A stretch of 59,969 bases of DNA from a virus. Its lineage: Duplodnaviria > Caudoviricetes. Below the pieces are notes generated by a model, which ran no database searches, was not told where the DNA came from, and was given only the letters and a program-made list of their open reading frames with translations. The stretch covers positions 1 to 59,969 of IMG/VR virus record IMGVR_UViG_3300032330_001114; one strand, 5' to 3'. Below, in pieces: positions 46,764-53,917 of the stretch. How positions within the stretch are numbered: position 1 is the stretch's first letter; every line of letters begins with the position of its first letter. Both the position numbers and the translations under genes were made by a program.

Positions 46764-48351
46764 AACTCCTTGCCATTGTGATGATTGCATTAGTGCTTAA
46801 GATTGTAACTGCTACGCTGATTGCGTTCTGAAGTGCGCTTCTCGTAACCTTCAGTGGGTCAATAACACCCATCTTGATTAGGTCTCCCTTCTCTCCTGTT
46901 TTCAAATTATAGCCAAATCCTGCCTCTTCCTGCCCATTATAGATGTTTGTGACACATAGGCCTGCATTCTCCAATATCTGCGTCAGAGGAGCCTGTAATG
47001 CGTTCTCAAGTATAGACCAAGCTATATTCTCCTCATTACTACCTACAGTTGGGGCAATCTGCTCTGCGTCAATCTCAGCAAGTGCCTTGCCGGCACCGGG
47101 AAGTATACCCTCCTCCAAGGCAGAACGAACAGCACATACTGCGTCATCCACTCTGTCGTACAGTTCCTTCTGTTCTAAGTCTGTGTTGCCACCGACAAAA
47201 ATGACACCTATACCGCCCGTCAAAGACGCGATACGCTCTAACAGGAAGTCTTTGTCATTTTTGCGTGTAGCCTGAGCGTGTGCCTCCCAAAGTTGTGCAA
47301 CCCTCTCGTCCACTTTCTCCTTCTTTGCTCTTGCGTCAGACTTAAGGATAACAGTCTTGTCCTTGCTCACGATAACCTTTGCCGCATGACCAAGGTCAGC
47401 ATATGTGATATGGCTTAGGTCGTCACCTGTCTTCTCGCTGAAATATGTCGCACCTACACTAACCGCTATGTCATGCATCACCTCATGCTGCTTGTATCCA
47501 AAGTTCGGAGGAGGAACCGCACAAACTTTCAAATTCCCCTTCATCACATTCGCCGCCAACGTGTTTACCACATTGCCATTGCATGGAGAAATGATAAGAA
47601 GCTTCTTACCCTCGGTAATAATTGGTTTAAGAATATTCTCAATCTGAAGGATATTTGCTATCTCCATGTCAGCCACTAAAACCATCACGTCCTCAAAGAC
47701 ACACTCGTCCTTTTTTTGATCGTTAATGAACAGCGGACTGAGATACCCCCTGTCAAATTTTAACCCCATGGTTGTCTCAGCATACGTGTCATGTGTTTGA
47801 CTCTTCTCAACTGTGACGATGCCGGTCTTGCCCACGTCCTTATACACCTCAGCAATTATCTGCCCAATACTCTTGTCATTATTCGCCGATATAGTCGCCA
47901 CGTCAACCAACATCTTAGTCGTTACTTTTTTGCTCTTGGCTTTCAACTTCTCCACCACCTTACCGCTCATGTCCACCAAATGTCTCAACACCTCAGTACG
48001 ATTGTGGTTGTCCTTTATTTTCTCAAGACCTCCTAACACAAGCGCCTCTGTCAAAACAATTGCCGTAGTCGTTCCGTCCCCTGCCGCAGTAGCGGTCTTG
48101 TCCGCCGCCTCTTTCATCATCCGAACCGCAAGGTTCTCAACCGGGTCTATCAAGTCCACAGACTTAGCTACGGTTACACCGTCCTTGGTTACCGTAATGC
48201 CATGAGTATGCTCAGGAGATTCAATCAAGACAGTATTACCCGAAGGGCCTAATGTACTCTTAACAGCTCTGCACATTTTCATCACACCGCTGATAAGCTT
48301 CTGTCTTCCGCTTGCACCAAACTGCAAGTCTTTTGGAGAGTATCCGTTCAT
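46744..48351 (-). CDS. groEL: Chaperonin GroEL (Cpn60)
   Basis: TLGPSG, TKDGVTVAK, AGDGTTTA, FDRGYLSP, ERIASL.GG, RVDDAV.A..ALEEGILPGAG, GVIDP.KVTRSALQNA. Confidence 0.97.
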   Translation of the reverse strand: MNGYSPKDLQFGASGRQKLISGVMKMCRAVKSTLGPSGNTVLIESPEHTHGITVTKDGVTVAKSVDLIDPVENLAVRMMKEAADKTATAAGDGTTTAIVLTEALVLGGLEKIKDNHNRTEVLRHLVDMSGKVVEKLKAKSKKVTTKMLVDVATISANNDKSIGQIIAEVYKDVGKTGIVTVEKSQTHDTYAETTMGLKFDRGYLSPLFINDQKKDECVFEDVMVLVADMEIANILQIENILKPIITEGKKLLIISPCNGNVVNTLAANVMKGNLKVCAVPPPNFGYKQHEVMHDIAVSVGATYFSEKTGDDLSHITYADLGHAAKVIVSKDKTVILKSDARAKKEKVDERVAQLWEAHAQATRKNDKDFLLERIASLTGGIGVIFVGGNTDLEQKELYDRVDDAVCAVRSALEEGILPGAGKALAEIDAEQIAPTVGSNEENIAWSILENALQAPLTQILENAGLCVTNIYNGQEEAGFGYNLKTGEKGDLIKMGVIDPLKVTRSALQNAISVAVTILSTNAIITMARSYESDIK

Positions 48352-48373
48352 TTGATTCGATTTGATTATACCA

Positions 48374-48381
48374 CAAAGATA
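48374..48381 (-). promoter_or_regulatory. Bacteroidota -7 element TATCTTTG upstream of groEL
   Basis: TAnnTTTG 23 nt before ATG. Confidence 0.6.
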
Positions 48382-48447
48382 GAGAAGATGATTTAACAGA
48401 AAAATTTATTTAAGTCTGATAAAGACCTAAAGGTCTCTAACGACGGA

Positions 48448-48568
48448 ATGTCAAATTCATCCTTCCCTATATATATATATATATTTCTTCTTCTTCTTAT
48501 TTTTTTATGGCTATAGTTTCTCTTTTAAATTGACATTTTTGACATTAGTCTTAATAATCAATAAGTTA
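48448..48568. other. Origin-like element copy 2
   Basis: ATGTCAAAT..(TA)n..T-rich..GACAT..GACATTAGT.TTAATAATCAATAAGTTA; IHF-box match at 48556-48568. Confidence 0.5.
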
Positions 48569-48618
48569 AGTAAATATAATTGGTATAAATAGTCTCATAG
48601 AGATGTCGAATTTGTACA

Positions 48619-48647
48619 TAAAAGAAGGGAACCTAAAGAGGTCCCCC
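48619..48647 (-). terminator. Probable terminator after the 48683-48919 gene
   Basis: GGGGACCT-cttt-AGGTTCCC then TTCTTTT on the - strand. Confidence 0.55.
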
Positions 48648-48682
48648 GTTTGATTTATCCATTGAAAGCACAAAAAATAAAA

Positions 48683-48919
48683 TTACATGCAACAATCTCC
48701 TCCCATCATATCCTCTTTCATACTACCTAAAGCTACCGCCTCAGACATAGTAGAAATCTTTTCAGCACGCTTAATGGTCTTCTTTAACTCTACTGCTTTT
48801 TGGATTCCTGTAGTACTATTCATCCTGTTGTTGATCAACATACCGGCATTTACATTCAAGCCATATCCGGCTCCTCTCTGTTGGTAAATACTGTTCGATA
48901 AATTTAATGGCTTCTTCAT
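48683..48919 (-). CDS. Hypothetical protein, first gene of the late arm
   Basis: 78-aa ORF with TACCTTTA -7-like element upstream and a terminator downstream. Confidence 0.65.
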   Translation of the reverse strand: MKKPLNLSNSIYQQRGAGYGLNVNAGMLINNRMNSTTGIQKAVELKKTIKRAEKISTMSEAVALGSMKEDMMGGDCCM

Positions 48920-49039
48920 ATTGTTATGTTTTTAAGTTTACATAAAGGTAAGATATTTTTGAATACGAGATATGTGTAGTGTTGGGGTTATACCCCCATT
49001 TGACGTTGGCGTGCCCGAATCCGAAAGTGACTTTTTTTT

Positions 49040-49300
49040 GAGGGGTGGGGGTGCTACTTCGTCTATTCCTTGCCGTTATTTTGGCGTTTTCGTGTACACG
49101 TTCCCGTTACGTTAGTGCCGTTCGTGTATCCGTTCCCGTTAGCTTACTTCGTTTGTTGGTATCCGTTACCTAACTTCGTTTACACTTATCCGTTACCTAA
49201 CTGAAATGCATAAACGATTGATAATAACGGCATTGCATAGACGAACTAAACTAAATGATAAGCATAGACGAAGGCGATTACCCCTACGCGTCCCCGTTAG
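49040..49300. repeat. Patterned non-coding repeat region (23-bp inverted repeat enclosing CCGTT/TTCGT arrays)
   Basis: IR arms 49058-49080 and 49223-49245; TATCCGTTACCTAAC x2; GCATAGACGAA x2; G-tract at 49040. Confidence 0.75.
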
Positions 49301-49373
49301 TATCCAAACAAATTGCCATAATTACCAACCAAATTTTAAATGTTAAAATTTTCACAAAAAACTGTCATCGGCT

Positions 49374-49413
49374 TTAACAATTCGTTAACAAAATTCTTTT
49401 AACATTTCGTTAA
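49374..49413. promoter_or_regulatory. Two TTAAC-N5-GTTAA palindromes upstream of the early promoter
   Basis: 49374-49388 and 49399-49413, 25 bp apart. Confidence 0.55.
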
Positions 49414-49446
49414 GGAATTGATAGTGAATTATTCGAAATTTATTAC

Positions 49447-49454
49447 TATCTTCG
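49447..49454 (+). promoter_or_regulatory. Probable early promoter -7 element TATCTTCG
   Basis: TAnnTTYG variant at the head of the + arm. Confidence 0.45.
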
Positions 49455-49618
49455 CTATAGTTCTTTATTAGTTTGTTGCAGTGTGGCTGATGTCCCTTTC
49501 AGCTTGGAACGTTCTTTGAAATTAAAAAAAAATGTTATGTAAAAATATTTACATATTACAAATGAGTAAATTCGGTAAAGGCAATTTTATGCTCATTACT
49601 GAAAATACACTTCAAATA

Positions 49619-49633
49619 CGTATTTCAAATACG
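49619..49633. promoter_or_regulatory. Palindromic operator-like site, copy 1
   Basis: CGTATTT-C-AAATACG. Confidence 0.7.
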
Positions 49634-49682
49634 GGTTATTAAACTATAAATATTAATCATTAATCATTAAAAAACAAAAAAA

Positions 49683-50330
49683 ATGAGCACAAAAACAACA
49701 TTTGAAAAAGTACAAACAAGTACAGAATTAGTTAAAGGGTTATTATTTGACAAAGTGAATGAGAATAACCTAAATGTAACAAAATGTAACATTAAGAAGA
49801 TGGAAAGTAGTTTCAATTTAGCTGAAACATTCAGAAAAGTTGATATTTATTACAATTCAGAAACTTGTAAAAAAGAATTGGAAAGATTGAATATTCAAGA
49901 AACAAAAACAAAGTTTTTCAATTCTATTTTTGGTATTGCCGAAAGAATGATACAAAGATATATTCAAATAGGCAAAATTGTTTTTAAGGATAAAGAATTA
50001 AAAACACAATATCTAACAAGTAACAGAAATTTAGAATTAACTGACTTTATTAAATTCAGTAAAAATGAACCCGAAAATATAAAGGATAAAAAACTGAATG
50101 ATAACACAACAAAAACAAACAAGCCTAAAAAATACACCTCAGAAAATAAACACGTTGAAGCAAAAGTATTTGAGGGCACAACAAAAAAAGATGTTATTCA
50201 GTTAGTTAAACAATTTATGAATGATTACAAAATTAGTGTATCTGAATTAACGCCAAAAGTAGCAAAGAAAACTACAAAGAAAACTACAAAGAAAGTAACA
50301 AAGAAAGTAACGCCAAAAAATGCTGAATAG
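49683..50330 (+). CDS. First early gene; basic probable DNA-binding protein with histone-H1-like tail
   Basis: Possible HTH (FGIAERMIQRYI); C-terminal KKTT/KKVT 12-bp repeats at 50263-50310. Confidence 0.7.
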   Translation: MSTKTTFEKVQTSTELVKGLLFDKVNENNLNVTKCNIKKMESSFNLAETFRKVDIYYNSETCKKELERLNIQETKTKFFNSIFGIAERMIQRYIQIGKIVFKDKELKTQYLTSNRNLELTDFIKFSKNEPENIKDKKLNDNTTKTNKPKKYTSENKHVEAKVFEGTTKKDVIQLVKQFMNDYKISVSELTPKVAKKTTKKTTKKVTKKVTPKNAE

Positions 50331-50340
50331 TATTCAGCCG

Positions 50341-50379
50341 ATATTAGCCACTGGTTCGCCAGTGGTTAATATTTTTTTT
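50341..50379 (+). terminator. Strong Rho-independent terminator
   Basis: ATATTAGCCACTGG-TTCG-CCAGTGGTTAATAT + T-tract. Confidence 0.9.
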
Positions 50380-50403
50380 GTGCCCGCACTATCATCGGTC
50401 GGG

Positions 50404-50445
50404 CAATGTGGTCAATGTGGTCAATGTGGTCAATGTGGTCAATGT
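50404..50445. repeat. 9-bp tandem repeat (CAATGTGGT) x4.7
   Basis: Read directly. Confidence 0.95.
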
Positions 50446-50492
50446 CACAACAAGGCGTATTTCAAATACGGGTTCGATTCCCGATGTGACGC
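50443..50492 (+). ncRNA. Truncated tRNA-like structure (acceptor stem + T-arm, no D-arm)
   Basis: TGTCACA/TGTGACG 7-bp stem, CGGG-TTCGATT-CCCG T-arm; contains palindrome copy 2 (50456-50470). Confidence 0.45.
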
Positions 50493-50618
50493 GAACAACA
50501 AAAAAATATTGTTTGTCCTTTTTTTGCAACGCTACAGTTATAGCAACTGCAGTGTAGAGTGTTTTTTGGGCAAATTTCATAAAAAGTGCACTCGGGTGCA
50601 CTTCTAAAACAAATCAAA

Positions 50619-50840
50619 ATGAAAAAATCGCATCTCTATTACGCAACGAGAGTATTCTTATCAGCGTTTCTCACAATCTTCGCATTGTGGTCAGTTTACA
50701 ATGGCAAGTTGCCGTTATTTATGTTTTTCCTTCTAATCATCTCGAGCCTCGGCTCATTGGCACTATTCTCTTTTGAATGGGAGCAGTGGATAAGGAACAG
50801 GCAAAAGTGGAACAAATTTTTACAAAAACTAAATAAGTAA
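50619..50840 (+). CDS. Small two-TM membrane protein
   Basis: MKKSHLYY start after A-rich leader; two hydrophobic segments. Confidence 0.7.
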   Translation: MKKSHLYYATRVFLSAFLTIFALWSVYNGKLPLFMFFLLIISSLGSLALFSFEWEQWIRNRQKWNKFLQKLNK

Positions 50841-50843
50841 ACA

Positions 50844-51044
50844 ATGCAAAAAGAACAATTAGAAAGATTACTCAACACTGCTTGTGAAATCATAACCGAA
50901 TTAGAGCACAATGCAGACGAAGGGCAAATGAAAAGAATAGATGCTATGTTCAATGAAATATTATACTCAGACGAAATTGACATAGATATGAGAGCAGATG
51001 AGCAAGCACAAGATTGGGCAACCTTTAAACAAAATAAAATCTAA
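50844..51044 (+). CDS. Small acidic hypothetical protein
   Basis: 66-aa ORF in operon. Confidence 0.7.
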   Translation: MQKEQLERLLNTACEIITELEHNADEGQMKRIDAMFNEILYSDEIDIDMRADEQAQDWATFKQNKI

Positions 51045-51048
51045 TAAT

Positions 51049-51177
51049 ATGCACAGAGACACACTCAAGCTAATCGTAATCTATTTGATAGCATTGGCAG
51101 TCATCGGACTGTCATCATGCCGTATTTCGCGTCCTGCCGGCTGTCCTGACACATGGGGCAAAGTCGGTTATCGTTAA
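51049..51177 (+). CDS. Mini-lipoprotein (42 aa, not in ORF track)
   Basis: MHRDTLKLIVIYLIALAVIGLSS-CRIS.. signal peptide II/lipobox. Confidence 0.65.
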   Translation: MHRDTLKLIVIYLIALAVIGLSSCRISRPAGCPDTWGKVGYR

Positions 51178-51183
51178 CCAAAC

Positions 51184-51200
51184 CCGTATTTCAAATACGG
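51184..51200. promoter_or_regulatory. Palindromic operator-like site, copy 3
   Basis: CCGTATTT-C-AAATACGG, intergenic. Confidence 0.7.
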
Positions 51201-51215
51201 CTTAAATAAAATAAA

Positions 51216-51311
51216 ATGGTATCAACAATATTTGTATCAATTGCAATAATCTTCGTCTACGTAGTATGCCTAATGGCACTATTGGACGTACTAAACCAAC
51301 TTACAAAGTAA
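51216..51311 (+). CDS. 31-aa hydrophobic membrane peptide
   Basis: MVSTIFVSIAIIFVYVVCLMALLDVLNQLTK; TAATG-coupled to next gene. Confidence 0.55.
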   Translation: MVSTIFVSIAIIFVYVVCLMALLDVLNQLTK

Positions 51312-51550
51312 TGAAAATTTATCTACTCATGGTCTCAAGAGACCACAATCAAGAACAAACGGCTGAGTTTGCGTACTATAGTAAAGAGGAGGCCTATAGG
51401 GTAAGAAAGATGTGGAATGATACACAAGAGGCTTTGGACAGAAAAAATGCTGAGGAGCATGGGCAGTCTTACGAAGAGTGGGTGGGAGCATGGGCTGACT
51501 ATGCCTTTGTGGAGCAAGTGGAAATATTAGGCGAACCAATAAATCAATAA
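51311..51550 (+). CDS. Hypothetical protein
   Basis: MKIYLLMV start coupled to upstream stop. Confidence 0.7.
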   Translation: MKIYLLMVSRDHNQEQTAEFAYYSKEEAYRVRKMWNDTQEALDRKNAEEHGQSYEEWVGAWADYAFVEQVEILGEPINQ

Positions 51551-51552
51551 TA

Positions 51553-51789
51553 ATGGAGACAATACCATGTATCAAGTGTAGTAGTGCAATGCCACTGCTA
51601 CGGCTTACCAAATTCGGCTACAGAAACTGCATCAAGTGTTCAACAGTCCAGCGTGTCGGTGGAGTACCAATTACCAACCACAAGACAGGCAACACGATAC
51701 AGGTAGTGGACATGGACACAGCCAAACAAATTAACAGACTTGCCCAACGCAAAGGCTACGGAGTTTGCAGTGGCATGAAACATAATTAA
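51553..51789 (+). CDS. Zn-finger protein (CxxC..CxxC, DksA/TraR-like spacing)
   Basis: CIKC...LRL..GYRNCIKCS. Confidence 0.7.
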   Translation: METIPCIKCSSAMPLLRLTKFGYRNCIKCSTVQRVGGVPITNHKTGNTIQVVDMDTAKQINRLAQRKGYGVCSGMKHN

Positions 51790-51811
51790 ATCATCATTAA
51801 ATAAAACAAAC

Positions 51812-52162
51812 ATGGAACTAAAATTCAAAAACGGGTGGAATATTTCACTCAAAGAATGTGACTCAACTATTGAGTTGAGGGCATTGAAGGATGACTGCGA
51901 TAAGGTATTCTCAAATGAGTTTACTCATGATGAGTTGGCAAAAAAGTTGTCAGAAATAATGGAGTTGGGCGAAAACGACTACATCAAGTGGAAGGTTGTA
52001 TTTTATGAAGGTAACACGTACTATGGGTGGAATGAAGTCGGGTACAGATACTTTGACCAAGAACCGAGCGAGGACGAAGTATATGATGTGATAAAAGAAT
52101 TACATGCTGATGATGCTCGGATTTACGATACCGATATGAAATATTTAAAAACAATCAACTAA
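51812..52162 (+). CDS. Acidic hypothetical protein
   Basis: 116-aa ORF with A-rich leader. Confidence 0.7.
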   Translation: MELKFKNGWNISLKECDSTIELRALKDDCDKVFSNEFTHDELAKKLSEIMELGENDYIKWKVVFYEGNTYYGWNEVGYRYFDQEPSEDEVYDVIKELHADDARIYDTDMKYLKTIN

Positions 52163-52174
52163 AACCAAACAAAC

Positions 52175-52384
52175 ATGACACAGAAAGTATACGTAGTAGT
52201 GGAATTGTACATGGGCAGTTACGACGTTCGTACAAAACCAATACATTGTTTCACAGACAAAGAGGCGGCTGAACTATATGCCAAAGAAGGTAATGAAAGT
52301 CAAGAGGGCAAAGACTTCATACGAAGGCATGCCTGTGACGATGTCGAGTTCAAATTCTTTATTCAAGAAATTAAATACAATTAA
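52175..52384 (+). CDS. Hypothetical protein
   Basis: KVYVV..F.DKEAAE.Y pattern common in small phage early genes. Confidence 0.7.
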   Translation: MTQKVYVVVELYMGSYDVRTKPIHCFTDKEAAELYAKEGNESQEGKDFIRRHACDDVEFKFFIQEIKYN

Positions 52385-52386
52385 AC

Positions 52387-52761
52387 ATGGTAAAATTAAT
52401 CTTAGCATTAGACAGAGCCAAAGACTCATTCATTGAGCAGTTGGACAAGCAGTTATTTTTCTACATGCACATCGGCTCGGGTACAAATGAGAGCCCAATG
52501 TGGATGCAACTAAATCCTTCACGAGGCGGCAACACGTTGCAGTTTGAGAACTCTCAGAAGAGGGGTATCTCTTTCGAGGTGCCATTATCGGACAATGACA
52601 AAAGAATTATCAGTGATTGTTATAATGAGTCGTATGACTACTTCAAGCATGTCAAGTACGTACACATCAGGGACAACTACCCTACTGTTTGGAATGAATT
52701 GGCAGATGGTGTCAATGGAGAAAGAATTAATAACTTTTTAAAATCATACAACAATGGATAA
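52387..52761 (+). CDS. Hypothetical protein
   Basis: 124-aa ORF in operon. Confidence 0.7.
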   Translation: MVKLILALDRAKDSFIEQLDKQLFFYMHIGSGTNESPMWMQLNPSRGGNTLQFENSQKRGISFEVPLSDNDKRIISDCYNESYDYFKHVKYVHIRDNYPTVWNELADGVNGERINNFLKSYNNG

Positions 52762-53083
52762 CGTATTCAAATTAAAGGAGCACATCGCTAAGGTAAACAG
52801 ACACATGTCTATTATGAAGGATGCACTAAACGAATTAGAGGACGTCATCGTTAAAATAAACAACGATGAAAACTATCACTCTGTCCTCGAGGAAGTTTGG
52901 GTTGTATATAACCAAGACCTCGACTTGATTAACAAACTCGCAAACAATCGTGACGTGATTTTGTACGAAACATTAGAGGAGGCTTTAAAGGATGTATTCA
53001 GTGGAATGTCAAGACCGATGATGGCGTGTGATATCCCTATGAAATGGCGTAACTATATTATAAACCAACTAAAACATTCATAA
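52754..53083 (+). CDS. Hypothetical protein
   Basis: 109-aa ORF in operon. Confidence 0.7.
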   Translation: MDNVFKLKEHIAKVNRHMSIMKDALNELEDVIVKINNDENYHSVLEEVWVVYNQDLDLINKLANNRDVILYETLEEALKDVFSGMSRPMMACDIPMKWRNYIINQLKHS

Positions 53084-53085
53084 AC

Positions 53086-53406
53086 ATGGAATTTATCTGC
53101 GTAAACAAAAACAGAAAAGTATTCAACACGAGCAAAGGTGCAGTCGTGATTGACATTGTAAACGTACCAAAGTATCGCATTGGAGACAATGAGTTCACGG
53201 AGTACGACATGCGACATCTTCAACTTCAAGTGGCTCAGGGTTTAATAGACCACGAGGCAGCCACTGAATTAGGGATAGTAGACTCATTAGGTGTAAAGTT
53301 TGAGTTCCGTCCTGACGGGTGTCTTATAAACAATGTGCAGGGGTACGACCAAACATCAAGATATACGCTTGACTTACTTAAAGAGAAACGTAAAGAGCGT
53401 ATTTAA
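53086..53406 (+). CDS. Hypothetical protein
   Basis: 106-aa ORF in operon. Confidence 0.7.
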   Translation: MEFICVNKNRKVFNTSKGAVVIDIVNVPKYRIGDNEFTEYDMRHLQLQVAQGLIDHEAATELGIVDSLGVKFEFRPDGCLINNVQGYDQTSRYTLDLLKEKRKERI

Positions 53407-53413
53407 AATACGC
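53397..53413. promoter_or_regulatory. Palindromic operator-like site, copy 4
   Basis: GCGTATTT-A-AAATACGC across the stop codon. Confidence 0.65.
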
Positions 53414-53439
53414 ATCATTCATAATCAAAAACAAAAAAC

Positions 53440-53898
53440 ATGTTAACAGCACAAAACAACAACTTCTTTGAAGGCTTCACAATGACCTTCGCAAACGGAT
53501 ACACTATATCCGTACAATTTGGAATTGGTAATTACTGCTCAAGAAATGAAAATGACAAAGCAGTGTCGGCAGAGATTGCCATTTGGGACAAAGACAACAC
53601 ATGGTACAACTTCGGTGACGACTTAGTCAAAGGGCATTGTTCGCCTGATGAGATTGTGACGTGGATGAGAAAAGCAAAAGAGTGTGAGTACACAGGAGAC
53701 AAATGGGTATTGTATAACTCAGAGACAGAGCAGGTGTGGTGTAATAGTGAGGACAAGATGTATGTGTATGACAATAAAGATGAAGCAATGTGGGATTATT
53801 GGGGAGATACTTGCGTACCAACAATGGTAAAAGACTTGAAGGGAAATGAAAGAGAGAAGGCATTGACTCAAGAACTAAATCAAATCATTCTTTTTTAA
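53440..53898 (+). CDS. Conserved hypothetical phage protein
   Basis: GFTMTFANGYTISVQFG.GNYC..AEIAIW. Confidence 0.75.
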   Translation: MLTAQNNNFFEGFTMTFANGYTISVQFGIGNYCSRNENDKAVSAEIAIWDKDNTWYNFGDDLVKGHCSPDEIVTWMRKAKECEYTGDKWVLYNSETEQVWCNSEDKMYVYDNKDEAMWDYWGDTCVPTMVKDLKGNEREKALTQELNQIILF

Positions 53899-53917
53899 CC
53901 AATAAAATCAAATCAAC

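Noticed and set aside
8757-48205. Numerous + strand ORFs antisense to late genes (e.g. 11822-12493, 12614-13081)
   Set aside because: Shadow ORFs with S/L/F-rich composition fully overlapping well-supported genes
8638-48351. Stop-codon reassignment as in some crAss-like phages
   Set aside because: All major late genes are intact in the standard code, and gene breaks use TAA with AT-rich spacers
48683-48720. MMGGDCCM ending resembling a detached GroEL GGM tail
   Set aside because: Too short and low-complexity to support, and separated from groEL by a terminator
50443-50492. Canonical tRNA gene
   Set aside because: No room for D and anticodon arms and no encoded CCA; reported only as tRNA-like
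50320-50607. 95-aa ORF with (GQC)n Cys repeats, and the antisense (TTL)n ORF
   Set aside because: Both are by-products of the 9-bp tandem repeat; the + ORF runs through a strong terminator and structured DNA
50404-51200. Possible CRISPR or mini-array from the 9-bp repeat and repeated palindromes
   Set aside because: No spacers in the tandem repeat, palindromes are irregularly spaced hundreds of bp apart, and there are no cas genes
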